DNA from: Botryllus schlosseri
Lineage: Eukaryota
Direction: 5' to 3'
Assembly: GCA_051294905.1 (NCBI GenBank)
Contig: CM119372.1
Span: forward strand, 36,706,001 to 36,770,000
Length of the DNA stretch: 64,000 nt
Positions 24,534 through 38,800 of this stretch are shown here, piece after piece (position 1 is the stretch's first letter; the number at the start of each line of letters is the position of its first letter). The notes under the pieces were generated by a model. It was not told the DNA's origin. It saw nothing but the letters and a program-made list of their open reading frames with translations, and did not search any database. The position numbers and the translations under genes are program-made.

Positions 24534-25722
24534 TAGGGTTGGGACTTCGGGATCGAATTTGAAATCCCGGGACCGGGATTTCCCGGGATTTTCGCATCTC
24601 AATCCCGGGATTTCCCGGGATTAGCAAAATAGTAAAATACGCATAATGCAAGCTACATAAATAACATTTATTCCTTGTAATATTGATTCCCAACCGCGGC
24701 TCCAAGGTAGCCTTCTTGCGGCTCTGAGTGACCTCTAAATATGCCACAAAATATAATGGACGACAGTTGTTGTTTGTTTCTATAAATAGTAATAGGCAAT
24801 TTTTGTATATGAATGCTGAAATGAGGACTATTAGATATCTCTAAAGCCGTCCAAGGCCGCAGAATTCTCGCAGACTATAGCGTCAAACGCACGGAGGAAT
24901 ACCCGTCAGACAACGACATATCTTGAGTTCTGCTGCTCGTAGACCTCTATATATCGTATTTTTGAATAGTAAATTACGACACAATTTCACTAACCTTAAA
25001 ATAACGGCTCATAGTCAAGTATAAATTGCAATAAGTCCAATATTTTTCATAGAATAACCCTCCGCAAACTTGTGTATCAAGTGCTGGAATGTATGAAGAG
25101 TTATCACATAACAACAAAATAGTATGTTGAGTAATGTTATGCATTTTCAATTTATTTCAATGCATAGCACTTGCCAATCTGCATCTACCAGTGCTAGAAT
25201 AACAGATATACAATCTGTAGAAGTCTATGTGCAATTGTGCATGTGCGTGCTTTTGAGTTTGCTAGATGGTGAGATTTATAGGTAGGTTATCAGATACCTT
25301 TAGAATCAGTATATAGTCTAATCGGGTGTTTTAATGCGGCTCCCTGCGTAAGTGTGTATACTATGAAGTTTGAAAATGCGGCTCCGACATTCAAATTGGT
25401 TAGGAACCACTGATAAAGAGTATCTTTGCTTTGACGGTTTCGTAATTTGTTGGCGAAATATCCTTAAAATATGGGCGGGGGCGCCAGACGTAGGCCATTT
25501 TCGTAAAGGGGCGCTGTATGGACGTAAGGTTAAGAAACCATGTTTAGACAACCTGTCTAGTTTTTGACTCTGCTTTATTACCAAAAAATGACACATGACG
25601 CTACGTAAGCTCTGGTAGATGCTGTTCACAAATCCCGGGATTTCATTGGGGCTAATCCCGGGATCGGGATTGCTGCAAATCCCGGGATCCCGGGATCGGG
25701 ATTTCCCGGGGTCCCAACGCTA
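24534..25722. mobile_element. Non-autonomous hAT element
   Basis: TIR TAGGGTTGGGAC...GTCCCAACGCTA; TSD CTGTTATA; CCCGGGAT arrays. Confidence 0.88.
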
Positions 25723-26069
25723 CTGTTATATATAGTACGTCCTTTTATTGTAATCAAACTTGATCTCTTGATCAAACCTGCTACTGTTTTGTGGTTTATA
25801 ACTGGGAATGGATTTGATGGTAGCATTTTGACAGGATTTGATTGAGTTAGACATCCCTACTCAAAATCATGCTCGCTGGTTTTGCAGATATTAATGCTGG
25901 GATTCGGAATTGTATTATTGAAGTACTGATATTCAATTCTACCCAGCCCCATTACAGTTATGTCTACAAGAGAAATTGAAAGAAAACAATATCAACAAGA
26001 TTGGGTGAAGAGAAAATGATCTCAAGCTAAAGCAAGAGTGGATAATGGCGAGAGCATTTCGGCCAAGAT

Positions 26070-26073
<4 letters not shown>

Positions 26074-26107
<34 letters not shown>

Positions 26108-28200
26108 GATTTATTGATTTGTCCAACCGTAAAGAAAACAACATTGGCACATGAAACAACAATAAATGAACTTAGCGGTATTGGACAGGGTGTGACCGAT
26201 ATGGCTCTGGGTAGGGTCAACTGGTCTGATCACACCCTGCATTAACAAATACAGATATTGTGTCTTAAATTTGGATGCAATTAGTTCGGATCAATCAATT
26301 CAATTCAGCTCAGCATAATAATAAAATACTAACAAAAGACAAATTTGGTGGGAGACAAGCGGATCAGATATAATGGGAGACAAGGTGACTGAATAATTCC
26401 TTTTTAAAGGAGTGGTATGGGAGGTCCCGTATTGATGAGGGTATAGAATTCCATATGACAGGACCGGCATAGTCGATCGATTTCTTTGTGAGGTTACTGG
26501 TGGGTCGATGTAAATAGATGTTGCCCTGGGAAGAAAATCTGGTATTGTGTGAGTGAACGGTCTGAGCAAGGACGAAAAAATCATTAAACACAGGAGGCAA
26601 TTCATTTGAAAAATATTGATGCATAAATTTAGCTACTTCAAATATAAGAATATCGTCAAATTTCAGAATTTTGTATTTGCGGTAGTACGGGGATAGTCTG
26701 GTTCGATGGGGCAAGCCAGCCATCAAACGCATGGCTCGGTTTTGCAGGGTACGAATTTTAGAACAATGTGAAGTACAAGCATTCCCCCATACAATTATGC
26801 CATACTGTAGATACGAGTAAAAAATGAAAAGTAAATTGTCCTAAGCACAGACCTAGGAACTACGTGCTTGAGTTTTGTCATTACACCTACACATCTAGAA
26901 AGCTGTGTTATGGTATGAGCAATATGCGGTTTCCATGACAATTTAGAGTCAATGACGATTCCAAGATATTTTGCTGAGTCACACAGTGAAATACAGTTAT
27001 TATTTAGATTCACAGTAAGGTTATCAGAAGCAGTATTGAAGAGCATCATCACAGTTTTATCGGTATTTAAACTTAGTTTGTTAGCAGCAAGCCATTGAGA
27101 GACTTTTACAAGTTCTCTCTGCACAGTACTTTGTAGGTTGCTCATAGTATCGGATGAAAGAAAAAGATGGGTATCATCGGCAAACAGTGTAGTATAAAAT
27201 GAGGAACAGTTGATAATATCATTGATGTAGATCAAAAAGAGGGTCGGTCATAAAACCGAGCCCTGTGGCACTCCACACTCAACACCCATTTCTGCTGATT
27301 TTGATAGACCTAATTTCACAAACTGCTTACGGTTTGCCAGGTAGTTCATGAGCAGGGACTTGGCAATCCCTCTAATTCCATAATGCTCTAGTTTTCGTAT
27401 CAGTATCTCGTGGTTCACAGTATCAAAAGCTTTTCGAAGATCAATAAAGATACTACAGCCAACTCTTTTTTGTTTAATACTTTTGTAGTAATTTGTCACA
27501 ATTGAAAGGGTAGCATGGTTATTGTTATGACCCGATCTAAAGCCAAATTGGGATGGAGTGAATTTCTTGAGCCTATAATCTAGCAATTTCTCATATAGAG
27601 TGGAAAGGTTTGACAGAATTGATATGGGACGGTAGTTAGACATTGAATGTTTGCTGCCTTTTTTGTGAACTAGAATAACTCTGGCAGTTTTTAGAGCACT
27701 AGGAAAAATACCCAAGTTCATGGAGCCATTGAACAACGTACAAATTGTATCTCCTATAATATTAAATACCAGTTTTATGAAATAGATTGGTATTGAGTCA
27801 GGTCCTACTGCTTTTGTGTCCTTCATTCCAGATAATATCGTTGCTACCTCTCCTACGTTGGTCGGCCCCATAAACATGGAGTTCATGGAGCGAGGCTTCA
27901 TGAATGATATGATATCATGCGGGCTTTGAGGTATTGAAGATGCTAGCTCTGGACCAATCTGGCAGAAGTGATTGATGAACTTTTCTGTAACAACATCAGG
28001 ATCTTTGATGACCGTATTGCCACATGCTATTTCAATGTTCTGCAATCGTGTTTCATTTTTGTTATTGGAAGCGTTCACAATTTCACGAATGGTTCTCCAG
28101 GTTTGCTTTTGATCCTTGAAACTCTGTTCGAACCGGTTCATGTAAAATGCTCCTTTGGCCTTTTCTTTCATTTTTGTCGGTCCGCCATTCGGTGCCAGAC
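26074..28200 (-). mobile_element. CR1/L2-group LINE, 5'-truncated, frameshifted RT
   Basis: KAVGPDSI, NYRPISILS, QFGFR, FIDLRKAFDTVNH, GVPQGSVL, IYIND, TLFADDT, KYLGIVID; 3' AATAAA followed by a (TC)n tail at 26074-26109. Confidence 0.93.
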
Positions 28201-29991
28201 AACTTTTTTCAGGTCTTGTTGTGGTCGATAGCTATTTGATACTCGCAGTTATGTGAACGACCAAATCAACGTGTTGGTTTATTGTGTTTCATTCTCCATA
28301 TACAGAGGACAATACTGTCGTATATTGAATTAATTAAATGAATTGATCAATAAGATCAATTGTGGGTGGAATCAACTCGACATGTGCAGATAGCTACCTC
28401 GCGATATCAAATTGAGAAAGTCTATTCTTGGCTACACAGCTGTGTGCGATGAATTAAGAAATTGATTGAAAGCTAACCTTCTAATATTATTGACCAACTT
28501 TTAGCCATGTTCTGAGGATGTGTAGGTCAACATTGTAACAGCCTAGGCTTATCCGCCAAAATTCAAATGCTGAACAATTAGGTTCCTAATTGTTACATGG
28601 GTTCCTGCGCCAGTCTTTGCTGACAGTGCAAGACGACTATCCAGTAACTGCTATATATTACATAGAATATGCATGAGGAAATATATTCATCATTGCAGGA
28701 TGCTTGATTCGGGCCAGACGTAAATGAATTTTGATACCGAGCATCACTTTAATAATGCAACAATAATATTGGAAATATATAATGTTATAATTGCAATACA
28801 GTTTGAATATATCTCATCGGGTGTTACGCCCACTAAAGACTCTTTGCGATAAATAAAAATATGAAGCCTATATATGCCTATATGAGTGTTTCCCCGAAAT
28901 CATCATAAAGATGTAGCTTATCCGTCATATTAGATTATCGCCGCTTAGTGATTGATTGTAATGTATTACGCAGGTGATGAGGATCACATTTCGTGGTGAT
29001 CAGTTATGAACAATTCATTAAAAAGATAAACACTAGACTATATTACTGGCGTCACATAGAGCAGTGCTCTTCAACCGGGGTTTTCGTACAACCTAGGGTG
29101 TACCAGAATTTGCAAAGGGTGTACCACTCCGATGGGGTGTACAGGGGTGTACCAGATCCTAATTACAATGAACCGATTGCTAGCTATCACAAAGGCAGGT
29201 TTATGCGTCAGTACAGGTTGACGCACAGGTTAATGACCAATATGGTAATATGTTATCTCAAGTGTAATACTATAGAATTTAAACTTCTATAGTAATACTG
29301 TTCACCGCTAGTGATGTGCCTGTGATGTCATATGCAAATATTACTCCTATTGATTTAGCCGTCGGCAATGGACCAATGGTTCCGTTTGATGTTCGAAAGG
29401 ATGCAGTTAACAAACATGTGCTCAGCTGGCGATTTGTCTTTTAGTGATTCTTGAGGAAAGCGCCGCGATAACACTTCTTGAATCGGTACTTCCTACCCGA
29501 CGTTAATGAATACTGCAATGCACAATTGCACATAAATGAAGTGACGTAGCCAGCCAGGGTCGAAACAGTTCCATGTTGAAATCGAAACCCTATTGTTTTA
29601 AAATGCCGATTTTATGTCCAATATTTCCCATACATTTGCAATTTAGTAATTTGTTTTTGGTGATGCAAATTAGCGACAATCGACTGTGTATAGTGGCATA
29701 CGATCTGAGGTTATTGACATCTCTTGCAGCCCGTGTGTGGGGCAGGCTTGATACGTAGTAGGCTGGTGCGTCTGCTATCATCGCTGGTCTGAATCACCGC
29801 TTCTGCAGCAGTAGCTTTACCTACTCTCACCCCAATACTGTTACATTTAGGTTGATTATCGTTCGTAATGCCATGCTGTTTTGGGGCTTACACGAAATAA
29901 ATTCCAATTTGCGTGGCGGGTGGCTTAATTGGCTGCGAAGAGACTATGAATCCCGTACTTGATTTGAGCTATTACTAAAACACTTCTTAAC

Positions 29992-30216
29992 ATTCCGGAT
30001 TATCAAAATCTGAGTCAAAAATGGATTACGATTCTTGTTCACATGCCTACGACATATCTTTGCAAGCAAGGATTTTCTGCACTTGTTCAAATTAAATCGA
30101 AAAAAATAAATTACATCAAGGATGTTGATATGCTTATGAGAGGAGCACTCGAAAAAATGCTACTGCCTAACTTCGCGCAGCTTGCAGACGAAATATAGCA
30201 GCAACGGTCGCATTGA
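29992..30216 (+). pseudogene. hAT transposase C-terminal dimerisation-domain remnant
   Basis: ILVHMPTTYLCKQGFSALVQIKSKK...LMRGAL...LPNFAQL...*QQRSH*, typical of Buster/Charlie C-termini. Confidence 0.85.
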
Positions 30217-30237
30217 ATGTCTGGTATTATTTTGTAG

Positions 30238-31799
30238 CAGAGTTGGATCAATTACAATATTTAATTCAATTACAATTACAATTACAATTACTCAATGCTA
30301 AAAATATCAAATTACAATTACAATTATAATTACTTTTAAACATGTAATTAATTACAATTATAATTACAATTACAATTACTTTCAAACAGGTAATTGATTC
30401 AGTAAAGAGGTGTTCTTTGACAACCGCAGCGACGTAATTAGCAAAAATCTCAAGCTCTTCATGTTTCATTCCTGATAAGTAGAATACCCTTGAATTAAAA
30501 AAAAACTTGAACGTATTCGAACTATTCCTAATCATGAGTACTGAAAACTTCAAGCACAGAAAAAATTTTCAAGCGACTGTTAAGAACCAAAGGTTGGAGT
30601 GACTAATAGCGAATAGGCTACAGGACAGTCAATGAAATGTAATCAAACTATTAGGCTACTCAGAGCTGAGTCAGGATACTGAAATGTAATTGGTAAGGCG
30701 TCAGCGATAAGGATGATACCGATAAGGTGCGTAAAATTAAAATAAATGCAAAAGGAAAGAACCTCCTGATAACTAAGAATTACAATATTTTGGTTCGCAT
30801 TTACATTTTCACTTGCTCGGAAACTGTTAGATTGCATTTGATGAACATTAGGGCGCGAAAGGTTTCTGGCCCCAGAAAATTTGGCCCAGATTTGAGGTAA
30901 GATTGGGATAACATCTCTACAAACGCGGGATCAAGTTTGATGAACCTTTGGTTGGAAACTTGAATTTTTTTTGCTATTGTTGCAACAAGCCTCGGTACTG
31001 GTTAGAGATTTGAAAAAACTTTGACCGTGGTGTAGGAAATGGTTCAGCATAGGTTTCAGAAGAGTTTATTTGCTGTTCATCCATTTTTGAAGTATCAATA
31101 TTTAGTTTAGCCCACTGGTTCTCTAACTTTTTTAGACACGCCCCCCTTCATGACAGTGAATATTTCGTGCCCCCCCCCTTATCGTCATAGCACACCATAA
31201 AACCAGAAAGTTAGCAATCCTTACATATAGTTTGATGGTATGGAAGGTTATGACTGTTGATGAGAGAATTCTCCAATGCGAAATTCAGACTATATACACC
31301 GAGCAACAACCGTAAAACGGAGGCAAATCGGGCCAAGCGCGGAAAAGATTTCAGCTCACTGGAGCGTCGCGCCCCGTTCAGATGCTTTCACGCTGCCCAC
31401 AAAGTTTTCTGTTGCTACTGAAGTATGGGAAACAGTTTAGCGTGACTGAATTAGCTAGTTATAACGCAGCACGCATAGAACACCGATGTAAATAGGCTAA
31501 TTATTACATGTGGTGACTGTTTGCTATAAGGCCTTAAGGCCCATCATCGTCATCCTGGTTCGTGCCGGATTTTCACTGGTGCGACGAAAAAATGATTGAA
31601 TAAATGATTATTTTATGTTGGGATTGTCAGGTTTCCATGAAAATGTAATTGAGATTGTAATTGAGCAAAATTTTGATCAAATTACAATTACAATTACAAT
31701 TACACAAAATGGAAATGCTTCAATTACAATTACAATTACATGAAAAAATGTATTTAATTACATTCAGCTCAATTACAAATTACAATTGATCCAACTCTG
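30238..31799. mobile_element. hAT-like element with (AATTAC)n subterminal arrays
   Basis: TIR CAGAGTTGGATCAATT...AATTGATCCAACTCTG; no clean TSD. Confidence 0.8.
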
Positions 31800-33581
31800 T
31801 TCTCTGGTGCAGTATTCTGTATTTGTATGTACAGTGGCCCACAAATTCGTTCGTTATATGATCATTTTCATCAATTACAAACGCCACAAGATTGCGAGTA
31901 GTCTTTAAATGAGATTCCTTGGCCTAGACCAGTGGTTCTCAACCTTTTTTAGACACGCCCCCCTTTATAATAGTGAAAATCCAATCGGGATGCTAGCAAC
32001 CTGAACAGATTGTTTGGTGGCATGGAAGGTTATGACTATCGATGAGAGAATTAAAAAATACAGAATTCGGTCTATATAGAGAGAAACACGCGTGAATTTG
32101 AGGTAAATCGCGCAAACCGCGAAAAGTTTTTTCAGTTGACCGCTTCTTCGCGCCACTCTCCAGAGCTTTCACGCCCCGCCCCCCATCCGGCTGGGAACCA
32201 CTGATTTAGATTTAAAAAAAACAGGTACAGCAAATTTATTTAAAAGTGACAGAACAGACATGTGTCGTTACGCTTTATCGATATATAACAGATAGTACGG
32301 TAATCTCGAGCCCTAATTAGTATTTAGCAGCTCCTATAGCTTGCTAATCCTTATGATAATTAGGCCCATTACCGACTTGAGTGTTTTATATGAACAGGGG
32401 TGTACGAGTTTTGCGCAAACGTTAAAAGGGTGTACCACGTCGAAAAAGGTTGAAGAGCACTGACATAGAGGATTGCTCATACAAATGTCAACATGGGAAT
32501 ATTTGGTCATGATGGCTTGATGACTTGATGTCTTGTCATTGATTCTTCTTGCGACTATCAGGGCGTGGTGTAGTCTGCATTGTATATTTCGTACTTTGCA
32601 TCAATTCATAATTCAGTTGTTTTTCTATCGTAGCACCGAGATTATTAGCTTCCAGCTTATGCCATAATTGAAGGTCAAAGGTGTTTTCAGCTGTTCAAGT
32701 GTTAAGGACTCTTCTGTGTTTGAGAATTCCATCGTAACATTTCGATTCAATGTGGCAATACTGTTGTCAGTTGACAGGTATTTCTTGAGTCTTGAGTAGT
32801 CAAACAGGGTCGTGTTTACGGAGGGATTTAAAACAAGCACTGTTTTAAAATACCATAAATGAAATTGTTTTTACTTCAAAAGTAGTATCATTAGGTCATA
32901 ATTGTGTCAATACTTTCGAAAATACATGTAGTATTAGCCTTAGGACAACTTGCACTAGATATAGTTGAGTTATATGACTTGGGTGGGTTGGAACCCGAGA
33001 AATTGTCGTCGTTACAACAATTATAGCGCGTAATAATTAACTAGTTGTATACAATTGAAAGGGAAAGGATGTTCTGACGATGATGACCGCCGACAGTAAA
33101 AATTCACCATTATGATACCATATTCTGCGCACACTCACCAACTCACTGCGCAGACCCTTGGACAACAGTGCGTAACGACTGAAAAAAAGTCATCACTTCG
33201 GATTTTTTGTGCGCAACTTAGATTTCCTGTGCGCAGAGACCGTGTCAGTACTGCGCATTTGCGCACGTGCGCAGCTTAGAGGGAACATTGCTTCCTACCA
33301 TTTCGTGTACGGAATCCCCAGGTTCGACATTCTTCAGTCGAATGTTCGACTGAAGAATGCCATTGAGAAAACTAGTCCCAATCTGTCTGTATACTATGCA
33401 GTCCGTCTGATGGTGATGGTTGATGGCTTGAGCTAATCCTGATCATCAAGAGCTTTCTCAATAGCGTTCGCATTGTGTTGGAAATTCAATCCTGTGTGCT
33501 GTGCATGTATCAAAAGAAATAGACGATGCCGCTCAACGAAAACAAAATGTCTTGCAATGTTGCATGTAATATGGTCAACTC

Positions 33582-34902
33582 CAGGGGTGGGCAATTATTT
33601 TCCTCCGCGGGCCATATGAGAAGTAGAAAATACGTTGGCGGGCCGAGTGAAAAATTTTAGCTACATTCTCCAGCGTATTATAGTTTTATTTTTAAAATAC
33701 ATTGTTAATAGATGCTGCTCAGTGAATGTGTTGATGTTAGGTAACGAGAAAGTGGCGGTTAATAAAAAATAGTAACTATTTGCCGTCATGATTCGAAACA
33801 ATGTTAAACATGATACATTCTTAACTCTCTTTAAACCCTTATCCATGTTCTTCTGTTAAAAGACACTAAAACAATGGTTCTCAAACTTCTTCAAGACACG
33901 CCCCCCTTTATGATAATGAAAAAATTCGCGCCCACCCCCCTATCATGATATCACAACATATTAAATAATAAGCAACCAGCATGCTAGCAATCACGAGGGA
34001 TATTTTGATGACATGGAAGTGGAAGGTTATGGTTGTTGATGAGAGAATTCTGTAAACCCCAAGACGGGCAATACACTGAGCAATAAACTACAAGCTGGAG
34101 TCAAATCGCGCGGAGCGCGAAAAAATATTTCATTCAACTTCAGCTTCGCGCCTCCCTTCAGATGCATTCATGGCCCCCAGTTCGAGAACTACTGCACTGA
34201 AATGTATATGGGATAGTACAACGCTTGTCTTGGTTGCTGCATTACGAGCAGTGTGCAGCTCAAATAGCCTTGATGTTGAGCGAAGTTTGCAGTTTTTCTT
34301 AAATTTGCCCTCACTTGACCGAGTGTTTCGTGCTCGGCAAAAACTAGAAGGAAGGGTTGACCCCTAACTCCAGTATACAATATTTAGTGTTCTAAACCTT
34401 TGAATTTCAGCTTTCGGCTTTCATTTTTTGATATGTCCGTTCATCCTTTATGGGTGATAAATATGATGAGTCATATAGTAATCGCGAGCACTGATCGACT
34501 TGTTTTTCGAATTAGGGATTTGGAATGGCCTCACGTAACAATTTGAAACACGTACCCGTATAATGTGTGTGACAATGGCAACAAAGAATGTTTGACATAA
34601 ACTATATCGAAATAGTGATTTCTTGTGAATTTGATTGTTACTCATACATTGCCACATTGCCTTTATTTTGAATCTGGATTACGCATGGGAGGTACGTAGG
34701 CAGCGTAATCGTGGCATATTAATGAACAGGCTTCAAAGTGAACGAATTTCATGTTTAGTTGATACAGCCTATGGTTTTAGTCCACACATCAACATTTAAA
34801 AAGAAGGATTATTGTTATGAATTCCAAGCAATCTTTCGCGGGCCGCACAGAATGGCTTCGCGGGCCGCATTTGGCCCGCGGGCCGCACTTTGCCCAGGCC
34901 TG
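33582..34902. mobile_element. Non-autonomous hAT element
   Basis: TIR CAGGGGTGGGCAA...TTGCCCAGGCCTG; TSD GTCAACTC/GTCTACTC. Confidence 0.85.
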
Positions 34903-35238
34903 GTCTACTCACATGCCACGTCTACTACATTCACGCCCGAGTCAAGATGCAAGGGCTTTCTGCTATTGTAGATCATCACGCGATATTAATAACAATTGTG
35001 CCGTTTAGATTTAATATTTTTACAACAAAAAACGTGGAAACGATGTAAAAGTTTGTTCATTGTTCCGGACTTCACTTGACGTTGTAAACTCAATCTTAAG
35101 CACTGCAGCCTACGTTCTGGGTACAATCAACGCTTACCACGTAATATTGACTGAACAAGATTCCTGTGAGTATATTACATCATTGTCCCAACCGAGCGAA
35201 GTCCATCTCAGTCCTTGAATTAGTTCCAACTTCTAAAC

Positions 35239-35529
35239 CAGTGGTTCCCAACGTGGGCTATTTAGCGGTCTAGGGGGGCGAAAATGACGAAGGGGGCGAA
35301 AATGGACAAAGGTGGCGACAGGGGGCGAAAATAGCGAAGGGTGCGATGACGCGTTAAAACGGCTTTATTGGAGTCAAGTCGGAGAAATGACCTTTTTTTT
35401 CTTTTTTTAGTCAACCCGCCGGTGATTACAGTTTGTATGCCCATTTTTCGGTTCACAAAATTTGGGGGGCGATGATCGGTGTTGAACTTGAAAAGGGGGC
35501 GATGAGTCGAAAAAGGTTGGGAACCACTG
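35239..35529. mobile_element. hAT MITE
   Basis: TIR CAGTGGTTCCCAAC...GTTGGGAACCACTG; TSD TTCTAAAC. Confidence 0.92.
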
Positions 35530-35596
35530 TTCTAAACTAATGAGGGAAATATTGATTTTTCTTAACTGGTAGAAGTCGGATTACGTAGAATGCTTA

Positions 35597-35905
35597 CAGT
35601 GGTTCTCAACCTTTTTTTTAGACACGCCCCCCTTTTTGATAGTGAAAAATTTCGCGCCCCCCTTATCGTCATATTACAAAATCCAACCAGGAAGCTAGCA
35701 ACCCCAACAGATTGTTTGGTGGTACGGACAGTTATGAATGTTGATGAGAGAATAAAAATATTTGAAATTGGATCCATATAGAGAGAAAGAGAGAAACACG
35801 CGTGCATTGGAGGTAAATCGCGCCGAGCGCAAAATTTATTTTCAGGTGACCGCTTCTTCGCGCTCCCCTTCAGATGTTTCACGCCCCCCAGGTTGAGAAC
35901 CCCTG
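35597..35905. mobile_element. hAT MITE, close copy of 9082-9402
   Basis: Very high similarity to 9082-9402 with the same TIRs; partial TSD GCTTA(CAG). Confidence 0.9.
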
Positions 35906-37409
35906 GCTTACAGTATATCGCAATAATGAAAAACCTCAATTATGGCGGTGAAAGTAAAAACTTTTAGCATCTGCAGACATTTCCGAAAACGCAATGCAGT
36001 CGTTTCCACAACGCGAGGCAGGTGCTGCAAAGATTATATTATCATAGACAAACTCTGACGTAATGTAAACGAAATTTCCATATAACCGTCGGACAAGATC
36101 TTCGTTTCTGCACTCAGGCAACCGCGGACAATAAAGATAATCAAATATCGGTCACGTATACATTTATCTCGAGACTGAGCGACTGCCAAGTCTCGGTAGA
36201 TGACACGCTTATCGAAACTTAAACGTAGATGATCACGGCGAGCCAAGATATTCTCTCAGGTGACGCGTTGGCCGCCGGGAGGAGTTATAAAGTGATTAGC
36301 GAAACTGCACCGATGAAAGTGTCGAAGTGATTTCAGGTCATCAGCTAAGATATTCATTCAATCGACTTCGGGTATTGTGCTGATAGGCAGGATATCTTCG
36401 TTGTAGGGACTGAATATAACAAAAGCACAGAAGAAATATGAACCAGACAGAATAAGAATATTTTAATCTGAGCGCAGAAGCTTCAAGTATAAAATACCAT
36501 ATAATATACTAACAGGCGAAATGAAAACATTGGGGCTCAACTGAATTTTATCAAACCTGTAACATACCCGTCGCCTATGATATTAATGATATCACACAGT
36601 AAACGTGATAGACATCTGAGACCGTATAGCACCTTGGACACCAGTACCTATTTCGGTGAAGGACGATAATTTATAAAATATAGTAGGCCTAGCTATTTCT
36701 AAATTGTAGATGGGTTTGAGGGCATTATTCAACATGGTTGTTTTTGATGCATGTTATAGACTTATCAAAGCATTCAATCGCTTATCTGTTAATTATTACA
36801 TCATTTGACATAGTAGGTTGTATATGTATGTATTGTTACAGTGAAAACAGTCGCCCAATTCGCAATATTGTGATGCATTGACACTGTAGCTGTTATTTTA
36901 TCCGCTTTGATGCCGACAGTAGTGGTGACACAACGTCTTCATTCCAGAGAGGTTGCTGAGATTTAGTTCAATATTGTGAAGAGAAACGTTTAGTTGCCTC
37001 ATTTGGAACAATAACATAATTCATCATAGAGATGACAATGTCTTTTACTGATTGTTATTCCGTTTAGTTCAGAAATCTGTTGCTGCTAGTGATATTGTTT
37101 CGGTTAACAGGTGGCGATATTTTAGTAGATTTGCAACGTAAAAATTCCCTACAGATATGATACGAGGATAACATTTTATTTATAGAACCGTATATACGTC
37201 ATAGCCGACGGGGTATGTTAACTGTCGAATGTATAGCGCCATGTCAAGTTCCGATTAAAGAATACACCTTTTCACGATAGAATCCTAGCAGTGTCTGAGC
37301 ACGCGGTGCCTAGAAATAGCTCACATGAATAGTTACTGTCTGTAATGCGACAACTCTAATTACACCGGTACGTGTTACATTACAGAAGTTTTAACTGTAT
37401 AGTGGGACA

Positions 37410-37633
37410 ATGCATAGTTACACGTTAAGCGTTTACCTAATTCTGGTGCTGTATTATCAACGAGCATCATGCTTCAACGTCAAAGTCGACAGTGACCATC
37501 CGCGATATTTCATGTCCATGATCACGAAGAAAACGGGCCGTTCGGGTCATCGAGAGCTTCCAGATGATCAACCATCATCCTTTTTTGGCTACAACATGCA
37601 ATTTTACAAGCAGGACTTCGGGAATGTCATGAC
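37410..37633 (+). CDS. Integrin alpha (I-domain type), coding exon 1: signal peptide and blade 1
   Basis: MHSYTLSVYLILVLYYQRASC|FNVKVD...SSFFGY, matching the integrin FNV/LD N-terminus and FG motif; donor GTAAGA, phase 2. Confidence 0.85.
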
Positions 37634-38436
37634 GTAAGAAATTATATTCATATATATTTCTTTGTGTGTTCCCAGTAACAATTACGACTATTCCAAGTGT
37701 TGATAGTTTATATTATATATTCGGTATTCTAGTCCGTTTGCTTACAAGCAGTACTGTACCTGGATATGAATGAGAAATGCCATTAGGATCATGTTGTAAA
37801 ATTGGGGTCTAACCATTTGTTGATTGTTATTACGAAATGTTCCGCCCATTCTATATGTTTGCGTTTGTGAGCGTTGATCATTTCGAGATTGTGTAATAAA
37901 ATATGTAAAGTATTTCGCTCAACTGCATTGATACAATGGTTAATTGGATATTATTGCCAAATCATCACTCGAGTTTAGTACCATCAATCAGCTATCAGAT
38001 AAAATGCAATGTTTCGATTCTATATCGTCATGCGAAATTTGGTATTCGAAGGTATTTCAAGTGCTCATAATCAACATCAACATTACAGTGAGGATTGTTG
38101 TATATGTGACTGTGCAATATGCCGGTCGAAATTAAGTTGGACAACTTATTCTTTGCTGACCGTGAATATATCCACGGTGTGGTCAGTGAAAAAAGTGATA
38201 GCAATGATGAAACAAGGAATATTAAATTAGTTAACATTTAGTGCCAAGTAGAGATATGCGTCACAGGAAACTCCCAATCAGTAGCGTAGGAATTCTCAAG
38301 ATATTTTTGTACGCACACGTCCGATCGAAGGACGATTCAAGTAAGCGAATATAACCCTATTCGTTTATGACCCTATAATGTACCCAGAGTTACTACTGAG
38401 CAATTATTCAAAATCAAAGAATTCTGGTCATTTCAG

Positions 38437-38525
38437 ACTGCTTCTCGGCTCTCCAAAGCACATGAATCCAAGATTTCCGTTCACTCAGCTGGCTGGACAT
38501 GGCAGAACTTACAATGCGACAAACG
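38437..38525 (+). CDS. Integrin alpha exon 2
   Basis: TTTCAG acceptor; LLLGSP (GAP motif); phase 2 to 1. Confidence 0.85.
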
Positions 38526-38800
38526 GTCAGTAGTATATGTCTACTGAGCATTCTACCATTTCCGATCGTATTCAGATAATATTGTAGGTCTGAGGCATAC
38601 GATGAATAATATTGTGAGTGTTCTAAAATCCTTCGTTGATGAGGTGCAGACCGAGGTAGTCAGAGTAATCGGCGTTTCTATCCAAGTTGAATCGAAAGTA
38701 ACGCAGTGAATTTCTCCTCGGCCACAAGTAGGACTGGCCATTTTCAAGACTACTTCAAAAATAGGTGGCAAATGAAACTCTATTAAATGTATTGAAGTAC

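Larger units (their letters stand above)
29062..32462 (+). mobile_element. hAT (Buster/Charlie-like) deletion derivative with nested MITEs
   Basis: TIR CAGTGCTCTTCAACC...GGTTGAAGAGCACTG; TSD ACATAGAG. Confidence 0.92.

Noticed and set aside
33299..33491. Selenoprotein-like frame with three in-frame TGA codons
   Set aside because: No SECIS or homology evidence, and the phase does not join the next exon candidate.
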